DNA of 61,293 bases, filler included, from an uncultured Methanosarcinales archaeon (GTDB lineage: Archaea > Nanobdellota > Nanobdellia > Woesearchaeales > GW2011-AR9), in assembly GCA_964343575.1 (NCBI GenBank). It is 6 parts of 4 records of this genome, joined end to end, with 100 filler letters (N's around TTAATTAATTAA, not from the genome) between each part and the next. Parts side by side here need not be neighbours in the genome. Positions count along the whole stretch, not along the records: positions 5,785 to 31,489 come from CAYFJV010000002.1; 5 more parts are not named here. One strand, 5' to 3'. Both the position numbers and the translations under genes were made by a program. Shown piece after piece: positions 19,443 to 30,151 of the stretch; position 1 is the first letter of the stretch, and each line of letters begins with the position of its first letter. The notes beneath the pieces were generated by a model. That model had not been told where the DNA came from, did no database searches, and saw nothing but the letters and a program-made list of their open reading frames with translations.

Positions 19443-20288
19443 CTCTTTTATTTTTCTTGATTTCTTCAATTTCCTTTCCAGAATTCTTTGAACTTCTTCT
19501 TGTAAAAAACCGTTACTTGCAATGATTGGGAAAGCATAATTTGCGTCTTTTTCTCCTTGGTTAAAAAGGAGTTTTTCTTTATTTATTGATTCGACTTTTC
19601 CTTTTGCTTCTTCAAGGACGATTGAGGGTGCACAAAGGTCCCACTCCTTCACACTTTTTTCTGTGTAGAGTACTAGTTCTGCTTTCCCTTCTGCGATAAG
19701 GCAGATCTTTTTTCCAGCTCCACCAAATAACTTTGGTGAAACTTTTAGTTCTTGATAGAGTTCTTGTAATTTTGGTATTTTTCTGACCCTTCTGCTGGCT
19801 AAGCACTCAGCCTTTGCAAGATCTTTCACTGTTGATACTTGGATTTGTTTTGTTTTTCCTTTTGTTCGTTTCCAAGCGCCTTTGCCTTTTTGTGCGTAAT
19901 AGAGTTCTTCCGATGCTGGAAAATAAACGACTCCTAAGATTGCTTCTTGTTTATAACTTAGTCCAATCTGGACAGAAAAGTCTCCTTGTTTTCTTGCAAA
20001 GCCTTTGGTGTTGTCTATGGGATCAACATTCCAAACGAACTCTTCTGGAAGTTTCTTCTTTGAATAGTTCTCTTCTCCTATGAACCCATAACTTGGAAAT
20101 TCTTCACTTAGAAGCTCTTGGATAATTTTTTGTGCTTCACTATCTGCGTTGGTGAGAATTTCATAACCACTTGTACCTTCCCCTTTTTCAATGGTAAAAT
20201 CATCCCTCTGATAATAACCAAGAATTATTCTCCCTGCCTCTTTAGCGGCGTTGATTGCGCAGGAAAGCTCTTTGCTTTTTTCTTTCAT
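19440..20288 (-). CDS. cysQ: CysQ / inositol monophosphatase family phosphatase
   Basis: T.AD, GEE, WNVDPIDNT and EWDLCA motifs. Confidence 0.8.
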   Translation of the reverse strand: MKEKSKELSCAINAAKEAGRIILGYYQRDDFTIEKGEGTSGYEILTNADSEAQKIIQELLSEEFPSYGFIGEENYSKKKLPEEFVWNVDPIDNTKGFARKQGDFSVQIGLSYKQEAILGVVYFPASEELYYAQKGKGAWKRTKGKTKQIQVSTVKDLAKAECLASRRVRKIPKLQELYQELKVSPKLFGGAGKKICLIAEGKAELVLYTEKSVKEWDLCAPSIVLEEAKGKVESINKEKLLFNQGEKDANYAFPIIASNGFLQEEVQRILERKLKKSRKIKE

Positions 20289-20325
20289 GAAGAACTAATG
20301 AGAAAAAGAAATAAAAGGTTTGTGC

Positions 20326-22764
20326 TTAGAAACCATCTAGGTCTGCAACACTTGGGATGTTGGTGTCATTTAATCCAATGTTTGCAACTTCTCTTTGCTC
20401 CTCTGCTCTGGAAGCACAAATCTCTGCGAGGGCAGGGAATTTTTTAGTGTCTGGAGTGAGTTCACATAAAAGGCTATCCATATCGTCATCAGAAATGCTT
20501 CCCTCGTGGGCAATGATTCCTGCTGCAGCATAACGGAAATCTTCTCCTTCTTTGCCACATTGCGGGTTGACCTTATTTCTTGCTCCTGCTTGAAGGCAGA
20601 GTTCTTCTGTGCTAGTTAAGAATGATCTAGCGCAGTCTTCAAAAGTCTGAGGGCCACTTACATCAAGTGGGGCTTCTAAGTCCCCTTCAAGAGAACCGTT
20701 TGAGTTGTCCAGGACAACTTGTACTTCCTTTGTTCTAGGAGCAATTGCCGCTGCAATTCTAGTTTGCTCTGGCTCTCCTGCCTGCATACCTTCACTTATT
20801 TCTCTACCTGTTGCAATAAGCTCTTGCATACCTGGTCTTTCATACTCGACAACTTCATCAACTGGAGTCGCTTGCCTTGCATCTCTAATTCTATAAATGT
20901 CTGATTGGATACCATATGCAGCAACACCAGTTACTCCGATAAGGATCCCTGCAGCTAAACCTAAGGCATTTAGGACAGGAGATCCTCGTTTCTTTGGAGT
21001 GGCAGGTTGTTGTCTTGGGACTCTAGCAACTTTCTCCAATGTTCTTGGTTCAGGGATTTGACTTCCTTGCTGAGGGTTAATACTTCCTACCTCTTGAAGT
21101 GTAGGGGGTACTCTTGGAACAGCTCTTGTTTGTCTTGGTTCTCCGTAGAAACCAGCTCCAAACTCTGCATTAACTCTTTCTCTTGTCTGCCTTGCAGCTG
21201 ATTCAATTCTCTCTTCTTCGCTAGTCCCAAGATCTTCAATTGAAGGTGCCTCTGAATTGATTTCATCTAGCTCTCCTGCAGTGAAAAGAGGAGTATACTC
21301 TTCTTCAAGGGGTTCATCAAGAGTAACAACTGCTTCTGGAACAAGGGTTTGCCCCTCAGGGTCTTCAGCAACAGTGAAATACTCTGGTGCGGGTTCTTCA
21401 AGATCTGCTGCTTCGAAAAACTCAGGGACAGGTTCGTGCTCTTCTTCATCTCGTTCTGTACGAGTCCCTTCTAGAATCAAAGCATCACCTTTTCTGTTTC
21501 TTCCAAGTGTTCTTGGATTGGGAGTGTCTCCAATGAGTTCTGTTAGCTCAGCTTCTTCTTTTACAAAGGCTAGATGTGGATCTGACTCCGCTAAACTTGC
21601 GACATAGGCAGCGTTTGCTCTTTCATCTTTTGCTTTCTTAGCAAGCACAGCTTGATATTGTTTTAGGGTTGGAACTGTTTGAGTTCTATGTCCTTTCTTT
21701 AGGTCTGCTGGTTCTACCTGAACTTTTTCTAGATGTGGATCTGACCCTGCTAAACTCGCGACATAGGCAGCGTTTGCTCTTTCATCTTTTGCTTTCTTAG
21801 CAAGCGCAGCTTGATATTGTTCTAGGGTTGGAGCCACTTGAATTCCGCGTTCTCCCCTTACTCTCGCTGTTGCAACTCTTAGACTTTCAACATTTTGGCT
21901 TACCTCAGAATGGTAAGTGTCATTGTTTCTTCTAGCATTATATCTCTCTGCTCTCTGCTCAAGTTCATTCGCAACGTCGTCAATATAAGTCAAAGCTTCT
22001 CTTAACTCGTTGTTGCTTCTCCTTTCAGAGTCACTACTTTGGCTCTGGAAAGTGCTAACCAAGGCAGCCAAGTTTGCAGCTCTACTAGCCAAAGAATGGT
22101 TACTAGAAAACTCTTCTACTGCTGAGAAATCAGTTCCATAACGGGCTCGAAGTTCCTTAGTACCTACTCCTCTAACGATGTCTCTTGCAACTTCACTTAA
22201 TTTGCTTCTTCTCTGGGTTCTCGAGACTTTGTTGCTAGCATCATAGAGCATATCTTCTCCAGGATCGTAAGCAATTTCTTGGTTTAGCTCATTGGTGTCA
22301 ATATAAGCAGCGAAGGTTTCTTCTAATTGATTAAGAATTCTTGTTTTTCCACGAATATTTTTTGCTTCAATGTTATCTCTTGCTGTCTCATAGATCCCTT
22401 CAAGTTTTGCTTCATCAAGTTCTTCAAGTTGTTCTCTGTAAGTATCAAGGATCCTTCCTGCATTCTCTACACGCTGAGCTACGCGCCAGTTGTCTTCGAT
22501 TTCTTGTACAACAGCAAGTCCGCTGTAGTTTTCTCTAAGGGTGTCAATATGAGTTCCACTTAGTGTGGCTTCTAGGAGTCCTGCGATATTCTCTCTTTCT
22601 CTTACTTGTGCTCTTGTTCTTGCTTCATCTAGGGCATTACCATAAACATCTGCTAAGGTTCCTCCCCACTTGCCTTCGGCTGTTTGCACTTCTTGAGCTC
22701 CTGATTCTGGGAAAGTAGTTTCTTCCCCATGAGAAATGTCGTATAGTGTTTGATCTCCATCCAT
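20326..22764 (-). CDS. Large acidic hypothetical protein, single TM, internal repeat
   Basis: 812-aa ORF; helical N-region, Glu/Pro-rich linker, TM, Cys-containing C-domain. Confidence 0.75.
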   Translation of the reverse strand: MDGDQTLYDISHGEETTFPESGAQEVQTAEGKWGGTLADVYGNALDEARTRAQVRERENIAGLLEATLSGTHIDTLRENYSGLAVVQEIEDNWRVAQRVENAGRILDTYREQLEELDEAKLEGIYETARDNIEAKNIRGKTRILNQLEETFAAYIDTNELNQEIAYDPGEDMLYDASNKVSRTQRRSKLSEVARDIVRGVGTKELRARYGTDFSAVEEFSSNHSLASRAANLAALVSTFQSQSSDSERRSNNELREALTYIDDVANELEQRAERYNARRNNDTYHSEVSQNVESLRVATARVRGERGIQVAPTLEQYQAALAKKAKDERANAAYVASLAGSDPHLEKVQVEPADLKKGHRTQTVPTLKQYQAVLAKKAKDERANAAYVASLAESDPHLAFVKEEAELTELIGDTPNPRTLGRNRKGDALILEGTRTERDEEEHEPVPEFFEAADLEEPAPEYFTVAEDPEGQTLVPEAVVTLDEPLEEEYTPLFTAGELDEINSEAPSIEDLGTSEEERIESAARQTRERVNAEFGAGFYGEPRQTRAVPRVPPTLQEVGSINPQQGSQIPEPRTLEKVARVPRQQPATPKKRGSPVLNALGLAAGILIGVTGVAAYGIQSDIYRIRDARQATPVDEVVEYERPGMQELIATGREISEGMQAGEPEQTRIAAAIAPRTKEVQVVLDNSNGSLEGDLEAPLDVSGPQTFEDCARSFLTSTEELCLQAGARNKVNPQCGKEGEDFRYAAAGIIAHEGSISDDDMDSLLCELTPDTKKFPALAEICASRAEEQREVANIGLNDTNIPSVADLDGF
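21570..21832. repeat. Intragenic ~104-bp near-identical duplication (21570-21673 and 21729-21832)
   Basis: Encodes PTL.QYQA.LAKKAKDERANAAYVASLA.SDPHL twice, 159-bp period. Confidence 0.9.
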
Positions 22765-22805
22765 TTTCTTCTACCTTGCTTATTATCTCTTTGATTGTTA
22801 TTAAT

Positions 22806-23510
22806 TTATTGTAAATACTCTACTAATGTTTGCGTTAGCCTCATTGCTGCGTATGCCAACGGAAGTCCAAGAACTACTGTTCCAGTATAAGCTGCACCTG
22901 TAATGATTCTTCCTCTTGCTTCTTCTTCGACGGCAACTGATCCCATAATCATCTCGAGGTTTTCTCCTTCATCCCTTCTGAGCTCATTGGGATCAACTCG
23001 ATCATTCTCTGTAACTTCTAAGTTGGGTCTTTCTTCTTCGAGAGCCCCCCCTAATTCAATCTCTTCGTACTCCCTTTCTTCCAGACCATAGTGCTCTGCT
23101 AATTCTCTGAGTAACTGTATCTCTGTTGTCATTGGAGAATCTAATGGACCTAAGGGTTCAAGAATGTAAGTAACGTCCCCATTTGGACCGTAAGATTCGT
23201 TTCTTGGGTGCGCTACAATACGTTTGTAACCAAGTTCTTTTAGGCCTTCTTCCAACTCAATCCTAGTTAAGGGAAGAGGATTCTCATTGCTTCCTTGGTA
23301 CATCTCAGCAAGAGCCCCAAGGATCCTATGGTAAGATCTGTTTGAGGTTGCTATCCCTTGAAATGTTAATGGAGGAACACCAATCGCGTCTTCACCTGTG
23401 TTGTCATCAACTAGTTTTAGTTGTGGCGGCTCTGATGCAATAGGTTGAAATTTTTCTCTTCCTTCTTCAAGTAAACTAAGTTCCACATCTGCTCTAGGAT
23501 TTTGTGTCAT
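22806..23510 (-). CDS. Hypothetical acidic protein with C-terminal hydrophobic helix
   Basis: 234-aa ORF co-oriented in a compact operon. Confidence 0.65.
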   Translation of the reverse strand: MTQNPRADVELSLLEEGREKFQPIASEPPQLKLVDDNTGEDAIGVPPLTFQGIATSNRSYHRILGALAEMYQGSNENPLPLTRIELEEGLKELGYKRIVAHPRNESYGPNGDVTYILEPLGPLDSPMTTEIQLLRELAEHYGLEEREYEEIELGGALEEERPNLEVTENDRVDPNELRRDEGENLEMIMGSVAVEEEARGRIITGAAYTGTVVLGLPLAYAAMRLTQTLVEYLQ

Positions 23511-23520
23511 CTTTTACTCT

Positions 23521-24831
23521 TTATCTCTTCTTTTTTCCGAGTTCAAAAGCAATCCTTGCATCTACGCCGTAAACTGGGCCTAGTCCTGGCATGAAACCCA
23601 CATTCCCACTAGTTACAAGGTGAACTTCTTTTCCTAAACTGAAGTCTGTTCCTCCTGTTGCGTAAAGGTGATCAGCTCTTGCGACAAGCCTGCTTACATC
23701 TGTTGAACCATCTCCTGATCCACTTCCAGAACCACCTTCACATCCGCAACCAGCTCCATGGCTGTGGCCTGTCCAGGATCCATTTCCTGTTCGAGCAAGT
23801 CCAGGAATTGGCATGTTTCCATACCCGATCCCACCAATTCCCCTAACAGTAACTTTGTCGGCTACTCTTGCTGGAGCGCTTACATAAGTTCCTTCTACTC
23901 CACCAGTAATTGCAGTTGCATTTAATCCTAAATTTCTGTCTAGCTCTGCGACATGACCTACTCCTACTTCTCCAGTTACTTGGAATCCATCTTGTCTTCC
24001 TGGGAGAGGAAGGTCTACAGTTACTGTAACTGTGGAAGCGCTTCCCACATATTGTCTATCAACTCTTCTAGCGTCAATGTACATTGGAGTTTCAGAAGCT
24101 CCAACCATGGCGCTTACTTTTCTATTTTGATTTGCAGTTTCAGCAACAAGTGTTGGTTCTTGTGCTGGTACTTGAGGAGTTGGTTCCCTCTCTTCCTCTA
24201 CTCTTTCTTCTAGTCTTGGGTCAACAACAGAACAGGCGCCATAATTCATAGCCCCTTGGTCTCTGAAATCACGAACACTTCTACATCCTAATCGTCCATC
24301 GGTACCACCATTGAACATTAAGGTACTTGTATCGCCTTTTCTGTGCTCGTAAGATATATCTCTTCCGTCACGACAAGCAATTGCTTCAGTTGCAGCATCA
24401 GGGTTTACAGAGAGATAATCTGCAAGGTCAGCATTTTGCTCTTGTAGCATTGGGATAACTACTTCTGGAGTACATTCGAACTTATCAACTCTGGTTTCTA
24501 GAGTTCCAACAACGTTTCCATCACTTGGACCAGAACCCCTTCTTTGAGAAGCTAGGCCTTTTCCTGAAGAATATCTATTAAAGCCATTGTTTTCTCCTTT
24601 ACAAGGAACAACTTCTTTGACAATTCTTACTCCTGCTTCTGTTCTTGGAGACTGACCACCGCACATTCCAAGCACAACTCCGGCCACGATTGCTCCTGCG
24701 AGACCGGTGCCAACAGTCTTTAGTCCGCTTCTATTTTGTTGAATGCGGTATGCATCTCTTGCTGCGGCAGTAACTTTGTCATCTCCCTCTTTTTCTCCAA
24801 AAACTCTATTCCATAAACTGTTATTCGTCAT
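23521..24831 (-). CDS. Membrane-anchored hypothetical protein with beta-strand-rich (barrel-like) C-domain
   Basis: N-terminal TM; alternating Gly/hydrophobic strands ending YGVDARIAFELG. Confidence 0.7.
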   Translation of the reverse strand: MTNNSLWNRVFGEKEGDDKVTAAARDAYRIQQNRSGLKTVGTGLAGAIVAGVVLGMCGGQSPRTEAGVRIVKEVVPCKGENNGFNRYSSGKGLASQRRGSGPSDGNVVGTLETRVDKFECTPEVVIPMLQEQNADLADYLSVNPDAATEAIACRDGRDISYEHRKGDTSTLMFNGGTDGRLGCRSVRDFRDQGAMNYGACSVVDPRLEERVEEEREPTPQVPAQEPTLVAETANQNRKVSAMVGASETPMYIDARRVDRQYVGSASTVTVTVDLPLPGRQDGFQVTGEVGVGHVAELDRNLGLNATAITGGVEGTYVSAPARVADKVTVRGIGGIGYGNMPIPGLARTGNGSWTGHSHGAGCGCEGGSGSGSGDGSTDVSRLVARADHLYATGGTDFSLGKEVHLVTSGNVGFMPGLGPVYGVDARIAFELGKKKR

Positions 24832-25079
24832 TTTGCACCTTTTTGCCTTTTGTGGCTTGATTTATCATCTTTAATCATTAAAAATATATTTAATATACTC
24901 TTATCCTCTGAGATGGCTTTTTCTTTATAAAGCTTGTGCCCATCACCACGTAAAAGTGACGAAGGTTGTAAAAATAAGGAGTTTCTTTTCATATTCTCAG
25001 TTTGCTCTTGTGAACTCTTACAATTTGCTTGGAGCAAATATTTATATAGCACAACAATCTCGTTTTTCAGTGAAAAAAG

Positions 25080-26039
25080 GTGGTAGTAGTGCGTAAACGT
25101 TCTCGTAGAGGTAAACAAAGTAAGGGAAATAGTTCCCGAGGAATAAAGATTGCTTTGTTAGTCCTTTCCTTGCTTTTTGTCTTTGTAGTTATTCTCCCGC
25201 TACTGTTTGGTTCAGCACCTTCTGGAAACATTGCTCACATTGCTTTGGAAGGGACCATTATGGGTTCTGGCGGTGGCGGTGTTTTTGGTGATTCTGGAAT
25301 TATTTCTTCTCAGAGTGTTGTTGCTTACATTGAAGAAGCTGATGCTGATCCAAGCATTGATGCTTTGTACATTGAAATTAATTCTCCGGGCGGTTCTGCA
25401 GTAGCTTCTGATGAAATCGCCGCTGCGCTCGAGCAGGTGAGTAAACCAAGTGTAGCAGTTATTCGAGAAGCCGGAGCGTCGGGAGGTTATTGGATTGCAA
25501 GCTCTGCAGATCACATTGTTGCAAACAGAATGTCTATCACTGGAAGTATTGGGGTTATTTCTTCTTATTTGGAGTTTAGTGATCTTTTTGAGGAGTATGG
25601 CATTACTTATCAACGTCTTGTTGCCGGTGAGAAAAAAGATGTGGGAAGTCCTTTTAGATCTTTGAGTGATGATGAGGAAGCACTCTTTCAGAAAAAATTA
25701 GACATTATTCATGATTATTTTATCACTGCTGTTGCAGAGAACAGAGGGCTTGATGCTTCTTATGTTCGAGAAGTTGCGAGCGGAGAGTTTTACCTTGGTG
25801 TGGAGGCTTTTGAGTTAGGTTTGGTTGACGCACTTGGTGGGGAAGTGGAAGCATTAGATTATCTTTATGATGTGCATGGAATTGAGAGTGATGGTTTTCG
25901 TTTTTACCAGGAAAGTTTTGGACTTATGAGTTTGTTTGGAGTAATTGGTGAAGACCTTTCTTTTCACGTTGGTGAAGGGATTGGGAGCGCTTTGGTAGAG
26001 GGACAAAGCCGACCAAAAAGTTTGACTGTGTTTACTTAA
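25080..26039 (+). CDS. sppA: Signal peptide peptidase SppA (S49)
   Basis: INSPGGS, ASGGYWIAS and TGSIGV motifs. Confidence 0.92.
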   Translation: MVVVRKRSRRGKQSKGNSSRGIKIALLVLSLLFVFVVILPLLFGSAPSGNIAHIALEGTIMGSGGGGVFGDSGIISSQSVVAYIEEADADPSIDALYIEINSPGGSAVASDEIAAALEQVSKPSVAVIREAGASGGYWIASSADHIVANRMSITGSIGVISSYLEFSDLFEEYGITYQRLVAGEKKDVGSPFRSLSDDEEALFQKKLDIIHDYFITAVAENRGLDASYVREVASGEFYLGVEAFELGLVDALGGEVEALDYLYDVHGIESDGFRFYQESFGLMSLFGVIGEDLSFHVGEGIGSALVEGQSRPKSLTVFT

Positions 26040-26128
26040 AGGATTGCTTTGCTTAACTTGTGTGATAATCAACAGTTTATAATCAACAATTTAATGGGTG
26101 TGGATACCGAAAGAGGGGACGGTGAGAG

Positions 26129-29100
26129 ATGAAGAAAAATAAAGTTATTATAGGTCTTGGAAGTTTGTTAGTGTTCTCTTTGTTGGTGTTCTCTTTGAAC
26201 GCTTTTTTCTCTTTTGCAGAGAGTCCTGCACCTGGTGGTTTGACTGCAATTGATCAAGAGATTGTTGAACATTTTGAGGAAGAAGGAGAAGTTCGGGTAG
26301 TAGTTAAATTAAAAGATTCTAGTGAAACAGTTTCTGACTCTCTCTCACTTAGAAAAGAAGCAATTGAAGAAAAGCAAGAAGCTCTTCTTGAAGATTTAGA
26401 AGAGAAGTTTGTTACTTTTGATCCTGAAAAAGATCTTCCTGTCAAGCTTGCGGTAGGTTCGGTTGGCAAGGGTTTTGATTCTGGAATTGCTGCAGTTGAT
26501 GGAGATTCACTTGCTGTTGCTAGCATTGCTTCTACTTTTGCCCAAGAAGATGCTGCCTCCCTGGAAGATGAAGGTCTTGAGGAGATTGCTGAGCAGATTG
26601 GGCAAAGTGATGTAGAACTTGATCATCAATACGAATCAATTAATGCGCTCTCTTTAACCGTTAAAGATGAAGCAGTTTTAGAAGAACTTGTAGAGAACGA
26701 TCTTGTCGAAGACATTTATTACGATTATCCTGTAAGCATCAAGCTTGATGATTCAGTTCCTTTGATTAATGGTGATGACGCGCAGGGCCTTAGCGTTGGT
26801 GGCACGAATATAACCGGAGATGGTGAGACTGTTTGTGTTATTGATACTGGAATTGAGTATAGTCATGTTAACCTTGATGGATGTAGTCCAGCAATGTATG
26901 AGCTTAGTGGAGATATTGAAAACTTAAGTACGGCGGTTGAGTCTGAACATGATTACAACAACAGCGTAGATGTTACTTACGTAATCAACAGAACTACTGA
27001 AGGTTACGAGCAGATTGCAGCACACTTTAGTGTCATCGGTTTAGAAATTCCTACCCTTGGCGTTACTGATTCTACAGATAGAATTTATGTTTCTGATGAG
27101 AACAATGTAACTCTTGCCGTTTATAGGGGGAACTTTACTGACGTGTGGAGTCCTTCTGCGAATGGAAGTGTTTTGTATGTTAGGTTGGTGAGTGATGGAA
27201 GTGTAACTGATTATGGTTTTCATATCGACCAACTCATTAATGGAACAACGAACACTACTATGAACTGGTCTTCTTGTAGTAAGGTGATCGGCGGTTATGA
27301 TATGTTTAACAATGATGCCGATCCTGACGATGATCATGGGCATGGAACACATGTCTCAGGAATTATTGCGTCGAACCACAGTAGTCTTGGAGGAGTTGCT
27401 CCTGATGCAAGTTTGGTCGCAATCAAGGCACTTAACTCTGCAGGAAGCGGATTTAGTTCTGATGTAGCTGCTGGAATTGATTGGTGTACAAGTAATGCTG
27501 AGCGTTTGAACATTTCAGTAATTAGTATGAGTTTGGGTTGTGATGCAGAGAGTTGTACGCATTACCAGAGCCCCTGTCCGAATGATCTTTCTGCAGACGC
27601 AGTTGATGCTGCTTATGCTCAAGGAATTTTTGTTGCTATTGCTGCCGGAAACTCTGGTTGGACCGATGGGATAAGTAATCCTGCTTGTATCGGAAATGCA
27701 ACTGCAATTAGTGCAACCACAAAAACTGATGACATCTGGTCTTCTTCTAACCGGGGAGATTTGCTTCGTTTAATGGCTCCGGGAGCAAGTATTAGTTCTT
27801 TGTATCACTCAAGTAGTAATGCAACGGCGACTGCTTCAGGAACAAGTATGGCAACGCCACATGCTTCTGCAAATGCTGCACTTCTTAAGCAGTATTGGAG
27901 ACTTGCTTACGGAGAAGACATCTCGCCTGACCAAATCGAGGATAAACTTTTTTTCACTGGACTTTTGATCGATGATAGTTCTGGGTCTGGACACAATTTC
28001 ACTCGAATTGATACACTTGCTAGTTTACAACCTTTTGTAAACTACAGCTCTAGTTCTCCAAGTAATGCAAGCACCTTGGAGCAAGATTTTGTTCTTGTCA
28101 ATGTAAGCTCTGATGTAAACATTTCAGAAGCACTCTTGGAATGGGATTGGGGCAATGGAAGTCTTGAAAACTTTACTATGACTTCTAGCAATGAGACTGA
28201 GTTTTATCATAACGTAAGCAACCTTATCTCTGGAGATTATGGCTATAAGGTCTATGCAAATGATACTTCAAATACTCTTGGTACCAGTGCTGAGTTTAGT
28301 GTGACTGTTGATGTTGGACCAAACATTAGTGTTGTTGCACCGCTTAGTGTTGGTTATTACGCAGCAAACTTTAGTTTGAACATAACTCTTGCTGATGCAG
28401 GCAATGTTTCTGGCTCTAATTACAGCATAAGTAATTCTAGCTCTGTTGAGCTTGCTTTTGGAGAAAACTTGAGTATTGATGCAGAGAACTTTACTTGGAC
28501 CGATGTGGTTGGTGTAGATAATGGTTCTTTTGCTGATGATAATTACACTTTTGTTGTAACATCAAATGGCACAGACGGGGTCGAGAACAGTGCGACAGTT
28601 ACTTTTGTTGTTGATGCAAGCGAGCCAGTGGTTTCCGGGCAAGTACTTAACCAGAGTGTAATCTATAATAGTGATGATGTTATTGTACGTGTGAATGCAA
28701 GTGATCTTAATTTGAATAGCAGCCTTGTTCTTTTGGAAGCAAACTTTTCAGGTAGTTCTGTGAATTATACCATGGAATTGGAATCTGGAGATGTGTACAA
28801 CTACACCATTGATGCTGGGAACTTGAGTACTCAAGAAAATGTGAGTTATCGTATTTATGCAAGCGATTTTGCAGGTAATGTGGGTAACAGTAGTGATGAA
28901 AGTTTCTTCGTTGAAAACCGCCAGCTTACCTTTTTGAATATCACCGGTCCTGCTAACAATAGTGAGATTGAAGCTGCAGTGTTTCAACAGTTTAATGTGA
29001 CTTACGCTGAAGCTGATGGAGATAGCCTTGAGTTTAATTGGTCTTGGGGAGATGGAGATAACACCACTGGAAGCACAGCGAATGTAAGCTTTGCCTATAA

Positions 29101-30082
29101 CACTACTGGAACTTATGAAATTGTACTCACTGTCTCAGATGGTTTTGGTTCAGAGAACACTACTACTCTGAATGTTGTAGTTAATGATACCACTGCACCA
29201 AATGCAACTTCGCTTAGTTACGATACCAGTTTGCACCTGGAAAGTGAAGGAGAAAACTTGAGCGTTCAGCTTACTGCCTTTGATCCGTCTAACATTACTT
29301 TTATGGAGCTCTATTATAATGACAGTTTGGTTACGGCTAATTCCACTCTTTTGAATGTCTCTGCCCTTACTTTAGTGAGTAGTGCAAACTGGACCGTTGA
29401 TAACTTAAGTGTTGGAAATTATTCTTTCATAATTGGACTTGCTGATAATGCTAGTTCTTTACATGCAGAGAATAGCACTTACAACTTTTCGGTTGTCTCT
29501 TGTAGTGATGGGATAGAAAATGGAGATGAAGATGGCACTGATTGTGGTGGTTCTTGTTCTTCGGCTTGTTCAAGTAGCTCAAGCAGTTCAAGTAGTTCTT
29601 CAAGCTCTTCCTCCTCAAGTTCCAGTACTACATCAACAACTACTAGCGCTGAAGAAGAAGCAAGTGAAGAAACAAGTGAGTCTGAGAGCTCCGAGTCGTC
29701 TTCGGAAGAGAGTGGTGATGGCGAAGGAGAAGAAAGTAGTGAAGAAGAAAGCGCTGAAGAGTCCTTAGAAGTCGCAGTAGAAGCAGGCGAGGATGAAGAG
29801 CTAGCTGAGACAAAGGGCTTTTTCAACTTGGCAGGGGCAGCAACTTTCTTTGGTTTTGGTGAAGGTTCTGGAGGGAATTTCTTTTCTTATTTGATCATTG
29901 TTGCTTCTCTAGGGATTATTTGTGGAATGGGTTATTTTGCTTTCAATAAGGGTGGCGGTGGAGAAAGTTCTCGTGTGATTGCTGCTCGGGCTGCTCGAAG
30001 AAGAAACATGTCTGTACCTTCTTTTGATCCTCGGTCCACAAGTAAAGATGATGGTTGGGAAGACGAACTTGAGGAGTATTGA
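26129..30082 (+). CDS. Membrane-anchored S8 subtilisin-like protease with CUB-like insert, Ig/PKD domains and Ser-rich linker
   Basis: VIDTGI, HGHGTHVSGI, AAGN and SGTSMATPH catalytic motifs; W.WGDG PKD; many N-x-S/T sequons. Confidence 0.92.
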   Translation: MKKNKVIIGLGSLLVFSLLVFSLNAFFSFAESPAPGGLTAIDQEIVEHFEEEGEVRVVVKLKDSSETVSDSLSLRKEAIEEKQEALLEDLEEKFVTFDPEKDLPVKLAVGSVGKGFDSGIAAVDGDSLAVASIASTFAQEDAASLEDEGLEEIAEQIGQSDVELDHQYESINALSLTVKDEAVLEELVENDLVEDIYYDYPVSIKLDDSVPLINGDDAQGLSVGGTNITGDGETVCVIDTGIEYSHVNLDGCSPAMYELSGDIENLSTAVESEHDYNNSVDVTYVINRTTEGYEQIAAHFSVIGLEIPTLGVTDSTDRIYVSDENNVTLAVYRGNFTDVWSPSANGSVLYVRLVSDGSVTDYGFHIDQLINGTTNTTMNWSSCSKVIGGYDMFNNDADPDDDHGHGTHVSGIIASNHSSLGGVAPDASLVAIKALNSAGSGFSSDVAAGIDWCTSNAERLNISVISMSLGCDAESCTHYQSPCPNDLSADAVDAAYAQGIFVAIAAGNSGWTDGISNPACIGNATAISATTKTDDIWSSSNRGDLLRLMAPGASISSLYHSSSNATATASGTSMATPHASANAALLKQYWRLAYGEDISPDQIEDKLFFTGLLIDDSSGSGHNFTRIDTLASLQPFVNYSSSSPSNASTLEQDFVLVNVSSDVNISEALLEWDWGNGSLENFTMTSSNETEFYHNVSNLISGDYGYKVYANDTSNTLGTSAEFSVTVDVGPNISVVAPLSVGYYAANFSLNITLADAGNVSGSNYSISNSSSVELAFGENLSIDAENFTWTDVVGVDNGSFADDNYTFVVTSNGTDGVENSATVTFVVDASEPVVSGQVLNQSVIYNSDDVIVRVNASDLNLNSSLVLLEANFSGSSVNYTMELESGDVYNYTIDAGNLSTQENVSYRIYASDFAGNVGNSSDESFFVENRQLTFLNITGPANNSEIEAAVFQQFNVTYAEADGDSLEFNWSWGDGDNTTGSTANVSFAYNTTGTYEIVLTVSDGFGSENTTTLNVVVNDTTAPNATSLSYDTSLHLESEGENLSVQLTAFDPSNITFMELYYNDSLVTANSTLLNVSALTLVSSANWTVDNLSVGNYSFIIGLADNASSLHAENSTYNFSVVSCSDGIENGDEDGTDCGGSCSSACSSSSSSSSSSSSSSSSSSSTTSTTTSAEEEASEETSESESSESSSEESGDGEGEESSEEESAEESLEVAVEAGEDEELAETKGFFNLAGAATFFGFGEGSGGNFFSYLIIVASLGIICGMGYFAFNKGGGGESSRVIAARAARRRNMSVPSFDPRSTSKDDGWEDELEEY

Positions 30083-30151
30083 TCTTTTTTTCTTTTTCTT
30101 CTCATTAGCCCACAGAAAATTTTATAAAGCAGCCCGTTTGGTCCATCTCAG

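Noticed and set aside
29572..29760. Low-complexity AGT/TCA/GAA repeats resembling an array
   Set aside because: Encodes the Ser/Glu-rich linker of the S8 protease; not CRISPR. No CRISPR array was seen in the window
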